DNA of 64,000 nt from assembly GCA_965213705.1 (NCBI GenBank), contig OZ243913.1:2560001-2624000 (forward strand), in the 5' to 3' direction. Of this stretch, positions 43,348-56,229 are shown in pieces. The DNA comes from Trueperaceae bacterium (GTDB lineage: Bacteria; Deinococcota; Deinococci; Deinococcales; Trueperaceae). The first letter of the stretch is position 1. Each line of letters opens with the position of its first letter. The position numbers and the translations under genes are program-made. Under the pieces are notes generated by a model. That model saw nothing but the letters and a program-made list of their open reading frames with translations. It did no database searches and was not told the origin of the DNA.

Positions 43348-44283
43348 CTACTCGGGTACCCCGTCGGGGCGCTCGAGCGCGTCGCCGCGACCCAATACTT
43401 TCAAAAGGCGGTCGGGGCGGTCGGTTATAATGCCGTCGACGCCCCAGTCGACCAGCCGGGCCATGTCGGCGGCATCGTCGACGGTCCAGACGTGGACCTG
43501 AACGTTTTTTCGGTGGGCGGCGCGGATAAGTCGGCGCGTTACCAACCGTAAGTTGCCCTGTGCTTCGGGAACTTGCAGCGCCTGGGCCTGCGGCAGATAA
43601 ACGCGGTCTAGAAAAAGCGTGGTGAGAATAAAGAACGTGCGGATTTCGTTGGGTGTGGCGGCGGTCGCGACGTCGGGGCAGCGCTCGCGGAAGGCCCTTG
43701 TAGCTGCGTCGTAAAACGAGACGACGAGGGTCGTGTCCTCACGACCGTACCTTTCAACAAGGTCGCACAAGGGTCCGACGATGTCGGGGTCGGTCTGCTT
43801 GATTTCCACGTTGACGCGCGTGTCGGGAAACGCCTCGAAGACCTCTTCCAACGTTGGAATCGTGATGCCTCGGCCCCGGTAGGGAAAGCTCTCCCCCGTT
43901 CGCTCGGGCGACCAGTCGTACCCAGCGTCGAGTTTTTTGAGTTCGGCGAGCGTTTTGTCTTTGACGAGGCCGCCGCCGTCGGTCGTGCGGTCAAGAGTGT
44001 CGTCGTGGATGACGACGAGCGCGCCGTCTTGTGCGGCGTGGACGTCCAGCTCGAGCACGTCCGCCCCCGCTGCAACCGCGCGCCGGAAGGCGTACAGCGT
44101 GTTGCTCGGCCACAAACCGTCGCCGCCCTGGTGCGCCATGACGAGCACACCGTCGCGGTCACCTTCGAAAAAAGGATGCGGCTCTGCGGGGCGTGCGGTG
44201 AGCGACAAGCCGACGTACGCTACGCCCAAAAGGACGAAGAGACCGAGCAGGCCGGTCAAAACGTGCTTTAGGGACAATCTCAC
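43348..44283 (-). CDS. Glycerophosphodiester phosphodiesterase
   Basis: AHQGG, ELDVH, HD..RTT, NVEIK, WTVD, ITDRP. Confidence 0.92.
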   Translation of the reverse strand: MRLSLKHVLTGLLGLFVLLGVAYVGLSLTARPAEPHPFFEGDRDGVLVMAHQGGDGLWPSNTLYAFRRAVAAGADVLELDVHAAQDGALVVIHDDTLDRTTDGGGLVKDKTLAELKKLDAGYDWSPERTGESFPYRGRGITIPTLEEVFEAFPDTRVNVEIKQTDPDIVGPLCDLVERYGREDTTLVVSFYDAATRAFRERCPDVATAATPNEIRTFFILTTLFLDRVYLPQAQALQVPEAQGNLRLVTRRLIRAAHRKNVQVHVWTVDDAADMARLVDWGVDGIITDRPDRLLKVLGRGDALERPDGVPE

Positions 44284-44392
44284 GGTGTCAGGCTCGAGGC
44301 GACGTGAGGAAAACGTAAAAATCGCACCTCGCCGCACCGTACTTCGTCAGGTGATGCCGAACCATTGTAAGTAGTCTAGCCCAGCCGGCATG

Positions 44393-44419
44393 AAAAAACC
44401 TCGCCGGAGCGAGGCTTTT
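44393..44419 (-). terminator. tmRNA terminator
   Basis: CCTCGC-CGGA-GCGAGG with flanking A/T tracts. Confidence 0.75.
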
Positions 44420-44420
44420 G

Positions 44421-44788
44421 TGGTGGAGGCGGGCGGAATTGAACCGCCGTCCGAAACACCCTTGGATAGGCGTCTACGCGTGTAGGTACTGAATTCATTG
44501 TCGGCGCGGGGCAAGCTCGGTACCAGACTTGAAACCTCGCGCTTAAACGTCTAAAATTTCGCCTTAAGTCCGACGTTGGAGACTTGCGGCTAGCCTACTT
44601 CGGGATGCTCGGTCCGGCGAACCATAGGCGGGGTTTCCGGTGAGCAGTGCTACCTAAACTTAGGCAGCTAGAGCAAAGCTCTGGTTGTTGTTGCCAGTTA
44701 ATGGCTTTGCAGCTTGATAACGCGGCCAGCTGCGTCCGCGACGCGCAACCTTACCCGCAAAGCGCCCCGTCGAAACCAGGTCGCCCCC
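44421..44788 (-). ncRNA. ssrA: tmRNA; tag (A)GNNNQSFALAA*
   Basis: 5' GGGGGCGACCTGGTTTCGAC; 3' GGTTCAATTCCGCCCGCCTCCACCA; tag ORF ends GCTCTAGCTGCCTAA. Confidence 0.97.
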
Positions 44789-44853
44789 AAGTGAGATGCA
44801 GGTATGATTGTAGCATGGTGTGATCGGTCTTGCTGACGCCCCGATTACCTCTA

Positions 44854-44915
44854 AGTACCGAGTCCAGAGTACCGAGTGGAAAGTGTTTTCTACTCGGTAC
44901 TTTCAACTCGGTACT
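44854..44915. repeat. Palindrome of AGTACCGAGT/ACTCGGTACT units
   Basis: Two copies per arm at a 14-nt period; same unit at 5528-5549 and 33334-33350. Confidence 0.85.
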
Positions 44916-44921
44916 GCCTGT

Positions 44922-45302
44922 TCAGGCTTTTTGCTCGTAGTACTCCGAAATGTTGTCGTAGACGTCGTCGGGAAAAGTCAGGTCTTGGTAGACGTTGCCC
45001 GCGTCCGGGTCGTCGGTGTTGGGGAGAATGGCGAAGTCTTGCTTTTCCTGGTAGCCGAGAATCGTTTCGCGGCTCGGCGGGCTGTAGTCTTTGGCCGAAA
45101 CTTGTTTGACGAGGGATTTGGCCTCGGCCTCGCCGAAGTCTTCGTCTTGGGCGAGGGTCTGGACGAGTTCGTCCTCGTCCACAAAGTGCCGCGCGATAAT
45201 TGCGAACACCAACCGGCCGTAGTGACCGATGTCTTGACCTTCGTCGAGCGCGTCCAACAGGTGCGTCATCATGCCGTTTTTTCGTAGGTCCTCGAGTGCC
45301 AT
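44922..45302 (-). CDS. Hypothetical protein resembling primase PriL C-terminal domain / PriX
   Basis: HLLDALDEGQDIGHYGRLVFA...DF...YSPPSRETI; GGGG RBS before the ATG at 45302. Confidence 0.7.
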   Translation of the reverse strand: MALEDLRKNGMMTHLLDALDEGQDIGHYGRLVFAIIARHFVDEDELVQTLAQDEDFGEAEAKSLVKQVSAKDYSPPSRETILGYQEKQDFAILPNTDDPDAGNVYQDLTFPDDVYDNISEYYEQKA

Positions 45303-45407
45303 AAGTGCCCCTTTCGTGGTTGAGAGTACCTTATTTATTAAGGTCGACGTCGTAGTTGGCGTTACAAGTTTTAGTCCGGTAGGGCCCCAACAAGGTATGA
45401 TGACGCC

Positions 45408-46940
45408 ATGTCCACAGCCGTCGAGATGAGCAACATCACCAAACGCTTTCCGCTCGTGGTGGCGAACGACCACGTGGATTTCGCCGTGGAGTGGGGCGAG
45501 GTTCACGCACTCATTGGCGAAAACGGGGCGGGCAAAAGCACCCTCATGAAGATTTTGTACGGTCTGCAAGCGCCGGACGAGGGCGTCATCAAGGTGGACG
45601 GCGCGGCGGTGAGTTTCCGCTCACCCAAAGACGCGATTCGTCTCGGCATCGGCATGGTGCATCAACACTTTATGTTGGTCGAGCCGCTCACCGTCGCGGA
45701 AAACATCGTGCTCGGCTCGGAACCGTCGGCGGGCGTGGCGCTCGACTACCGGGCGGCTCGCGCCAAGACGAAAGAACTCATCGAACGCTTCGGCTTCGAC
45801 CTGTCGCCGGACACGAAAATCGAAGACTTGCCGCTGGGTTTGCAGCAGCAGGTCGAGATTCTGAAGACGCTCTACCGCCGGGCGCGCATCCTTATTATGG
45901 ACGAGCCCACGGCGGTGCTGACGCCGCAAGAAACGCGCGGTTTGTTCGCGTTCGTCCGCGAGTTCGCCGCCAGCGGCAACGCGGTCGTGTTTATCAGCCA
46001 CAAGCTCGACGAGGTCATGGAAATCTGCGACCGCATGAGCGTGATGCGCGACGGCCGGATGATAGGCACCGTGGCGCGCGCAGACACCGACCAACGCCAA
46101 CTCGCCAACATGATGGTCGGCCGCGAGGTGCTGCTGCAAGTGGAAAAAGCGCCCAGAGAGCCCGGCGAGGTGCGGCTCGAGCTGGACCGGGTCACCGTGC
46201 TGAGCCCGCTCAAGCAGCGCCCTATCGTCGGCGACGTGTCGTTTGCGGTGCGCGCCGGGGAAATCGTGGGAATTGCGGGCATAGAAGGAAACGGGCAGAG
46301 CGAACTCGTCGAGTGCATAGCGGGTTTGCGCCGCGCGGACGGTGGGGTGATTCGGCTCGAGGGCCGCGATACCACCTTCGAAACCGCCCAAACGCGCCGC
46401 GAAGAAGGTTTGAGCCACGTGCCCGAAGACCGCTTCGAACGCGGTCTGGTGCCGAGCTACTCGTCGGCGCTCAACACCGTCCTGGGCGACCACCACCACG
46501 CGCCGTTCGCCAACCGTTTGGGCTTTCTGAACGAGGGCTCGATCGAAAGTCACGCGCGGCGCCTGATAGACCAGTACGACGTGCGCCCCGCCTCGACGCG
46601 GGTCGCGGCGCAGGCCTACTCGGGCGGCAACGCCCAAAAACTCATCGTGGCTCGAGAGTTGGAGCGCAACCCCGACGTGCTGATTGCCGCCCAGCCGACC
46701 CGCGGCGTGGACATCGGCGCGATTGAATTCATCCACAAACAGATTGTCAAAGCGCGGGACAGCGGTTTGGCGGTGCTCCTCGTCTCCGCCGACTTGAACG
46801 AGGTCATGAGTTTGTCCGACCGCATTTTGGTGATGTTCGAGGGCCGCGTGATGGGCGAGCTGTCACAGAGCGAGGCGACGCCCGAAAAGCTAGGGTTGAT
46901 GATGGCGGGCTCCAAGGTGAGCGAAGGCGAAACAGCTTGA
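45408..46940 (+). CDS. Sugar/nucleoside ABC transporter ATPase (two NBDs)
   Basis: [32 protein letters not shown]. Confidence 0.94.
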   Translation: MSTAVEMSNITKRFPLVVANDHVDFAVEWGEVHALIGENGAGKSTLMKILYGLQAPDEGVIKVDGAAVSFRSPKDAIRLGIGMVHQHFMLVEPLTVAENIVLGSEPSAGVALDYRAARAKTKELIERFGFDLSPDTKIEDLPLGLQQQVEILKTLYRRARILIMDEPTAVLTPQETRGLFAFVREFAASGNAVVFISHKLDEVMEICDRMSVMRDGRMIGTVARADTDQRQLANMMVGREVLLQVEKAPREPGEVRLELDRVTVLSPLKQRPIVGDVSFAVRAGEIVGIAGIEGNGQSELVECIAGLRRADGGVIRLEGRDTTFETAQTRREEGLSHVPEDRFERGLVPSYSSALNTVLGDHHHAPFANRLGFLNEGSIESHARRLIDQYDVRPASTRVAAQAYSGGNAQKLIVARELERNPDVLIAAQPTRGVDIGAIEFIHKQIVKARDSGLAVLLVSADLNEVMSLSDRILVMFEGRVMGELSQSEATPEKLGLMMAGSKVSEGETA

Positions 46941-46980
46941 GGCGCGACCGAGACAAGTTCGGGGCGAAACCCTCGTCGTC

Positions 46981-47277
46981 GTGACGGGCTGTGAACTCGT
47001 CTACGACATCCTGGGCGTCGCGACTGACGACCGGGCGTTGCTGGCGGAGTTTCGCGACGAGGTCGAAGGGCGTCTCACGCACGTAAAAGCCGTCGACGTT
47101 CGCACTGTCGACGGCGGTGTGCGTTTGCAAATTGCGGTGTACGACATCGAACCGTTCGCTCAAAACAACTTCGAGTCGTTCGTTTACGACCACGCCGTTG
47201 GGGACTCGACCCACGCGTACTTTGAAATAGCCGCAGAAAGCATTACGATCAAACTGGCGTCAGAGCGCTATACCTGA
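46981..47277 (+). CDS. Hypothetical protein
   Basis: 98-aa ORF with coding-like composition. Confidence 0.5.
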   Translation: MTGCELVYDILGVATDDRALLAEFRDEVEGRLTHVKAVDVRTVDGGVRLQIAVYDIEPFAQNNFESFVYDHAVGDSTHAYFEIAAESITIKLASERYT

Positions 47278-47327
47278 ACCCAAACCGCTCGGTACAACCC
47301 GCGGCTCACACAAAAAGCGAACCGGTG

Positions 47328-48377
47328 CTAAACCGACGTGCGGTCGAACAGCGCCAAAAACGGCGTACCGCTCTTGCCCTGCTCGGTGAGCAAACCCAGG
47401 AGTTTGTACTTGACGCCGTCACTGCACGCCCGGTGGGTAAGGACTTGCATGGCGAGTTCGGTAGCGCGGCTGGTGTGGCCCTCGCTCAGCAGGTGCTCGA
47501 CAAGGTCGACGATCGCACCGAAGGCGTGAGCCGACGAGACGCGTTTCGAGATGACGATTTCGTCGCCGCCGCCCGTGTTGCCCAAGTTGAGCAGGCGCAC
47601 GTTCGGGTCGAGGAGCAGTTTGGAGAGGGCGTCACCGTCGTTGCCGCTGAACGCTTCCAAACCTTCCTTACCGGGTTCACAGTCCGAAGTCAGCTCTGCG
47701 AACAGGCGTTCGGTTTCGGCACCGACCCCGAACACGAACTCGTTGCCGAAGGCTTGTTTGAAACGGCTCAAAAAGCCGAGCGCGACCGAACGGTGGCCGA
47801 ACAGGTAGGTGTTGCGAGCGTAGCAGCGGGCCGCTTCTTCGGAAAACGGAGCGTAGTTGAGGAGGGTGCGGGCGGCTTCGGCGGCCTCGGCGTGGTTGCC
47901 GGAGTTCTCTAATTCGGTTGCGTACTGGAGCGCTACCACTGCAAAGGTGTCCACGAGTGCGCGGCGTTCGGTCGTCAGCCACTCGTCGTAGCTCAGCGAG
48001 TCCGACGCGTCCAAACCGGCTGCCAACTCACCCTGGAACAGTCGGTACGCGTCGCCCCAGCGCTGCGCCGACTTGGCGGCGCGGAAGTGGGCTAAGTCGG
48101 TCGGCACTTGCCATCTCACGCGGGTGCGTTCTATCTCGAGGCCCTCGGCCCAAGGCAGCGACCGCGCCGCCGCCAAAAGTTTGCGCAAGTAGTGCAGGGC
48201 GGTGTCGTTGTCCGCGTCCGGGCGAAAGAAAAAAGCGAGTTCCTGGCGGGTCAGCCAGTCGCCGTAGTAACCCAGGTAAACGAGCAGCCAACTCACCCGC
48301 GTGGGCGGCAGGTCGGTGACCGTGGCTCCCTCAAAGACGGGTGTGCCCAACAGCTTAAGCACAGACGGCGTCCTCAC
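47328..48377 (-). CDS. SARP/AfsR-like regulator (wHTH + BTAD), ATPase/TPR part largely deleted
   Basis: LKLLGTP, LTRQELA, LFQGELAAG, YDEWLTTER, PFSEEA. Confidence 0.8.
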   Translation of the reverse strand: MRTPSVLKLLGTPVFEGATVTDLPPTRVSWLLVYLGYYGDWLTRQELAFFFRPDADNDTALHYLRKLLAAARSLPWAEGLEIERTRVRWQVPTDLAHFRAAKSAQRWGDAYRLFQGELAAGLDASDSLSYDEWLTTERRALVDTFAVVALQYATELENSGNHAEAAEAARTLLNYAPFSEEAARCYARNTYLFGHRSVALGFLSRFKQAFGNEFVFGVGAETERLFAELTSDCEPGKEGLEAFSGNDGDALSKLLLDPNVRLLNLGNTGGGDEIVISKRVSSAHAFGAIVDLVEHLLSEGHTSRATELAMQVLTHRACSDGVKYKLLGLLTEQGKSGTPFLALFDRTSV

Positions 48378-48634
48378 AAAAATCGACCCCGTTGAGATAG
48401 GACGGCACCGGGACGGGCGCGGCCCCCACCCGGCACGCGTAAAGCCTGTCGTGAGCGAGGTTGGGTTGAAAAAGTGGGCACATAACGTTCCTAAGAAGAC
48501 GAGAGAAAGAGCTTGAATCTTGGACGAATCGCGCGTTCTCGAGCTGAAACCAGCATAGCCGAAGTTCTCATTTTTCTCACCCCAACGGTCACAACAGCCC
48601 TGAGAACACCGGGGCGTCCTGGGGTCCTGCACCT

Positions 48635-48667
48635 GGGACGCTAGGGGGACGCTGCGTCTGTCACCAT
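48635..48667 (+). promoter_or_regulatory. Predicted SARP direct-repeat operator + -10 (copy 1)
   Basis: GGGACGC-TAGG-GGGACGC-N9-CACCAT-N6-ATG. Confidence 0.6.
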
Positions 48668-48673
48668 GCCGAC

Positions 48674-48862
48674 ATGTCCAGCGACACACGTTTAGCCAGC
48701 TACCTCGTCCGTTTGGAAAAAAACGGCGTTCAACTGACCATCACGGTGCAGAACATCCGCACCCGCGCCGTTGCCATCGTCGAAAGTTACCCCGAACTGC
48801 TCAGTACGCTTCAGCACGACTTAGCGGCGACGCCGACCACCCAAGAGGAGACAGGACGCTAG
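48674..48862 (+). CDS. Small hypothetical protein
   Basis: SYLVRL..ITVQNIRT; divergent from the BTAD gene. Confidence 0.6.
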   Translation: MSSDTRLASYLVRLEKNGVQLTITVQNIRTRAVAIVESYPELLSTLQHDLAATPTTQEETGR

Positions 48863-48885
48863 CGGGACGACACCTTTCCTAAGCT
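48853..48885 (+). promoter_or_regulatory. Predicted SARP direct-repeat operator + -10 (copy 2)
   Basis: AGGACGC-TAGC-GGGACGA-N9-TAAGCT. Confidence 0.6.
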
Positions 48886-48919
48886 TGTCTGCGACGCCGA
48901 CCGGTGGCGAACCCCATAC

Positions 48920-49637
48920 GACCGGTCCGGCACCTCGAAGTCGGAGGCCGTTACCGTCGTCGTTGCGCCGCAGGAGACGGGTTCGGACGTCGGTGTCGAC
49001 GTCCGAACCCGACGTCTCGCTCGTCACCGTGACCGTCAAGGCGACGAACGTGGCGACCGACACGACGAACGTCGTCGCCAAGATAGCCAAGGTCGCGTCC
49101 GGCGTGACCACGACCGACCTGCAAGCGAGCTATACCGTGTCGCTTTACAAAGTGACGGGCGGCGAGTGGCAGGCCAGTCTCGAGCTGACCCGGGACACCA
49201 AGTATTCGCTGCACCTGTTCGTCAACGACGCAGCCGCAGGTAGCCCCGTCACCTTTACCCCGAGCGCCGCCGCTAAAACCGTCAGCGTGAGCGGCGGCGC
49301 GACGCGCACCAACACGAACCCCGTTGCGGTCAACGACGGCACACCGACCAACCCGAAAGTCGTGTTCGTCGACACGGCCGAAACCTTCGACGTGCTCGCC
49401 AACGACACCAACGCGGACGGTGACAGCCTCGTCATCGTGAGCACCACCGCACCTCAGCAAAACGGCGCGGTCAACGGCACCGTCACCATCGCCGCCGACG
49501 GCAAAAGCTTGACCTACAAGGGTCCGGCGGCGACCACCAGTCAATTGACCACGTTCAACTACACCGATTCGGACGGACACGGCGGCGCCGCTACCGCCAC
49601 GGTCTACGTGTTCGTGCAGAGCGGCGGAAGTTTCTAA
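48920..49637 (+). pseudogene. Secreted Ig/cadherin-like domain protein, 5' end broken
   Basis: NPVAVND..DVLANDTNADGDSL..FNYTDSDGHG; frame change at the palindrome at 48978-49011; no start or signal peptide. Confidence 0.65.
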
Positions 49638-49647
49638 CCGCCAACGT

Positions 49648-49677
49648 CCGAGGGCGCGCTGTTTAGCGCGCCCTCGG
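49648..49677 (+). terminator. Hairpin after the Ig-domain gene
   Basis: CCGAGGGCGCGCT-GTTT-AGCGCGCCCTCGG. Confidence 0.6.
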
Positions 49678-49740
49678 CACGTCCGTACACGAGTCCGCAC
49701 ACGAACGCCCCCCTTAACCCTCTCACTCTTAAGGACGGTC

Positions 49741-51715
49741 ATGAAACGCACCAACCTATTTTTCCTGGTCCTGCTGTTATTGGCAAGTTGCTCCCGGCAA
49801 CCGGCTCCACAAACGCCCGCCCCGGACGCTGCTGACGCTGTCCGCGCTTTAGGAGACGTGAGGGTTACTTTTCAGGTGGAGGGCGGCGCACCCGTGGCCG
49901 AGTTGCGTGAGGGTCTCGAGACCCAAGCCACAGGGTTGAGCTTCAGCCCCACACCTGTGTCCAAAGGCTTGGTCGACCAGGCCGGCGTTCGCTACCTCTA
50001 CACCGTCTTCGAAGCTACCAACACCTCAGCTGAGGTTCTGAACAACGTCGACCTCTTCGCCGTTTACGTCGACACCGACAACACCCGCAACCTCGCAGGC
50101 ACCGCCGTCGCCGACCTCCGCGACGCGCTAGGGGTGAGGCTCGACGACCCCGCCTTCGCCCGCTCCATCCGCCCCACCCACCGTATGCAAGACGACAGCG
50201 GCACCTTGTCGGTCAAACAAGACGAAGCCGACTTCCAAGCCTTCACCCCCGACCAGGTCATGGACGCGCAGAGTCGCATCCTGGCGTTCAACCAACTGCT
50301 CGACTACGGTTATTCGCTGCGGGCTGGCAACGGTTCGCGCACGCTCGCCCCGGGGGCCAAGGGTTACGTGAGTTTTGCTATCAAGTTTCCCTACGACCCC
50401 GAGCGTTCGGCTGCGTTTCCTTTCAGCTTTGTGCTGACCTACCAGGCTTTTGCCACCCCTAACAACCAAACCACCCGCAGTCCCGAAGAAGGTGCCGACT
50501 TGACGGCGGTTTGTGCTCGAGCTGTGCAGCGTTCAGCCACGCGCGTCATCGCGTTGGGGTCGGCGGCGAGTGTTCCCGCCAACTGTCCGGTCGTCGTCTT
50601 GCAAGACGTGAAGATTGCCCAGCCGGTCGGCACTTTGCCCGCTTTGTACCTGCTCGGCCAAGGAGCCGACACCACCGCTCCGGCTGTTCCTACAGGTTTA
50701 CGTGCAACCCCCGGTGACGCCCAGGTCGCGCTCAGTTGGGATGTTCATGCCGAGGCCGACGTGGCGGGTTACCTGCTCTACCGCGACGGGACAGAAGTCT
50801 ACAGCGGCGACGCGCCCAGCTACACCGACACCGGGCTCGTCAACGGCGCAAGTTACGCCTACACCCTAGCGGCTTTTGACACTTCGGGCAACGTCTCAAG
50901 CGTTTCTGCGCCTGTCACGGCCACGCCCGAAGCCAACGCCGTCGTCGGCCTCAAGGTCAACTTTCAGAGTGAAACAGCGCCTGTGCCCGCAGGCTACTTC
51001 AGGGACTTCGGCCAAGCCTTCGGGCTTAGGTCGGCCGCTGACCAGGGCGGGGGAATGTTTCAGTTTGGGTGGGTGCAAGAGAGCGACCTCAGCACGCCCC
51101 TCGACCTGACCCTGAACGGGGCCGACCGCAACCGCGCCGGCGTCGACCAGCGTTTCGACACGGTCATGCACATGCAGTACACCGCAGCCGGCAACCGCAC
51201 CAAGGTTCCGGGCGCGTGGGCCGTCAACCTGCCCAACGGCGTTTACCAAGTCACGGTCGGCGTCGGCGACGCGCCGAGCAGCACCAACGGTTACGACAGC
51301 CTGAACGCCGTCAACCTAGAGGGCGGCGTGCTCATCGAGGGCTTTCAAGCGACGGGTGCGCAAGAATACCTTACAGCGACCGCACTCGTCGGCGTCACCG
51401 ACGGCAGGCTGATTTTAGACGCCCGCGGCGGCAGCAACACCAAACTCGACTACGTCGACATCGTGTCACAGTCGTCGGCCCCGTTCGTTGCCGAAATCAA
51501 CCCGCAAAACCGCGCTGCGAACCACGGCGTCGAAGACGGCGTGGCGGCGGGCGTGTTCGTGCCGGGCCTGGGCGTCGGCGTGGCCTCCGCCACCCTGCAG
51601 GGCAACGTCCAACTCGTCAAGGTCTCGACCGGCGCGCTCGTCGCCGGCTCGACGGGTTCGACCGGCGGCAACGACGCCATCACCTTCGCGCCAGCGCAAC
51701 CGCTCGAGCCCTCAA
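49741..51715 (+). pseudogene. Lipoprotein with FN3 and carbohydrate-binding-like domains, 3' truncated
   Basis: Lipobox LLASC; DTTAPAVPTGL FN3; KVNFQ..PAGY; after PAQPLEP the ORF runs through a hairpin and antisense into Uma2 up to 51900. Confidence 0.7.
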
Positions 51716-51720
51716 ATAAA

Positions 51721-51754
51721 CGTCCCGGACCACAAAAAGTCGGGGTCCGGGACG
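51721..51754. terminator. Hairpin after the Uma2 gene
   Basis: CGTCCCGGACC...GGTCCGGGACG. Confidence 0.6.
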
Positions 51755-51794
51755 TTTGCGAAACACACCCTCGAGACTCAAAAGCAAAAACAGC

Positions 51795-52343
51795 TTACTC
51801 GAACATCTCGGCGACGGGCAAACGCCAGCCCGGCACCGTTTCGCCCCCGTCCGCAACATCGGCTTCGGTCAAGACGGTAATATCAGTGAGGCTGCGGTGA
51901 ACCTTCAGGGTGCGTTGGCGGGGGTTGACGACCCAGACCAGTTTCGTTCCCGCGTTGAGCCACTCAGCCACTTTTTCCTCGACCTCTGCGTAGACGTCGC
52001 CGGGTGACACGACTTCGACCGCCAGGTCGGGGGCACCCGGAAAGTAGCCTTTGCGGTTCAGGTTGGTCAGGCGCTCCTTGCTGACGAAAGCGACGTCCGG
52101 CGCGCGGACGGTGTCGGGGTCGCGAGAGAGAACAAAGCCTGTTTCCGCAGCGTAAATTCGGCCCAGGTTTTTCTGTTTTATGTACATACCCAAAGGTACG
52201 GCGATGTTCATCGCCACACCGCCGTGCTCATGTCCTGCCGGTGCCATTTTCCTCAACTCTCCCCGGACCAGTTCGTACCGAAAGCCGTCGCTGGGCATCG
52301 TCAGCAGGTCTTGCGCGGTCATGAGCTTTTCTGTGACTGCCAT
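51795..52343 (-). CDS. Uma2-family endonuclease
   Basis: ELVRGEL, RAPDVAF, PDLAVEVVSP, VWVVNP. Confidence 0.92.
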   Translation of the reverse strand: MAVTEKLMTAQDLLTMPSDGFRYELVRGELRKMAPAGHEHGGVAMNIAVPLGMYIKQKNLGRIYAAETGFVLSRDPDTVRAPDVAFVSKERLTNLNRKGYFPGAPDLAVEVVSPGDVYAEVEEKVAEWLNAGTKLVWVVNPRQRTLKVHRSLTDITVLTEADVADGGETVPGWRLPVAEMFE

Positions 52344-52383
52344 ATCGACCTCACTTGCTCGAGTATAGTGCAAAAGCTTTCGT

Positions 52384-53558
<1,175 letters not shown>

Positions 53559-53559
<1 letters not shown>

Positions 53560-54818
53560 CAGCTCATCCCCAAGGCTTGAGAAAAGTCGGCTTTGAGGTC
53601 GGTGACACTCTCCAACCCCACGCTCAGCCGGACGAGTTCGGGGCTCACGCCCGCCGCCCGCCGCGCTATCTCGCTGAGACCTGCGTGCGTGGTCGTCCAC
53701 GGGTTGATGACGACCGTCTTGGCGTCGCCGATGTTGGCGAGGTGCGAGGCGAGTTCGACCCGGTTTAAGAAAGTCTGAGCCGAGCCCAAATCCTCAGCCT
53801 CGAAACTGACGACCGCGCCGAAGCCGTTTTGTAAAACTTTTTTAGCTATTTCGTGAGAGGGATGCGAGGACAGGCCGGGGTAGATGACGCGCTTGACGCA
53901 CGGTTGCGTTTCAAGCCACCCAGCCAGTTCAACGGCGCTGTCGCAGGAGCGCTGCACCCGCAGGGACAGCGTTTCCAAACCCTGCAACGCCGCAAAGGCC
54001 GCGTGCGGCGACAGGGTCATGCCCATCGTGAAAAGACCCAAATCGTAGGCTCGAGCCGCAAACGGGGCGGCGGGATTTTTGTCCAGGTAGCTGCGGCCTC
54101 GAGCGTCTTCTTGAGTAAAAGCCAGAAATTTCGGGGAAGTCCAGTCGAAACGCCCAGCGTCCACCACCGCCCCGCCGATAAAAGTGCCGTGCCCGCCAAT
54201 CCACTTCGTCGCCGAGTGAACGACGATGTCCGCGCCGTGCTCGAACGGGCGGCACAGGTAGCCCGCGCAGCCCCAGGTGTTGTCGACGATGAAGGGAACG
54301 CCGCGCGCGTGCGCCGCCTCGGCCAACGCCCCGAGGTCGGGAACGGTACAGCTCGGGTTGGCGATGGTTTCGACCCACACGCCGACCGTGTCGTCTTCGA
54401 TAGCCGCTACGACCGCCGCCGCTGTGGGCTCGACCGCCCGGAAGGTGCAACCCCAGGGCTCGAGCAGCTTCCGCGCCACCGCGAAGGTACCACCGAAAAG
54501 ATGTTTCGACACGACGAAGTTCGTCCCCGGCCGGGCCAGCGCAAACAAAGTCGTCGTGGTCGCCGCCTGCCCGGAACTTAAAGCGACGCCTGCCGCGCCG
54601 CCCTCGAGCGCCGTCAAGCGCGCCTCGAAAGCGGCTACCGTCGGGTTGTGCATCCGGCCGTACTGGTTGCCGGTAGTCTCGCCCGCAAAGACAGCGCGCG
54701 CCTCTTCCGCGCTCTCAAAACAGTAGCTGCTCGTCGCGTAGATGGGCACGGCTCGAGCGCCCGTCGCGGGGTCGACGCCCTGCCCGGCGTGAAGTTGTAA
54801 GGTCTCGAAGTCAGCCAT
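53559..54818 (-). CDS. O-acetylhomoserine aminocarboxypropyltransferase (paralog 2)
   Basis: RAVPIY, HSATKWIGGHG, LANIGDAKT. Confidence 0.9.
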
Positions 54819-54819
54819 G

Positions 54820-54894
54820 AAAAGGCAGGAGAAAGGAGAAAGGGAAAAGTGGAAAGAGGGCTTTACTTTCTCCTTTTCCCCTTCTCCTCATCCT

Positions 54895-54895
<1 letters not shown>
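54820..54895. repeat. Purine/pyrimidine heptamer-periodic imperfect hairpin
   Basis: AGGAGAA-AGGAGAA-AGGGAAA-AGTGGAA mirrored by TTACTTT-CTCCTTT-TCCCCTT-CTCCT. Confidence 0.7.

Positions 54896-56229
<1,334 letters not shown>

Noticed and set aside
43067..44420. Prophage or island integrated at tmRNA
   Set aside because: The tmRNA is followed by its terminator and an ordinary phosphodiesterase gene; no att repeat or integrase.
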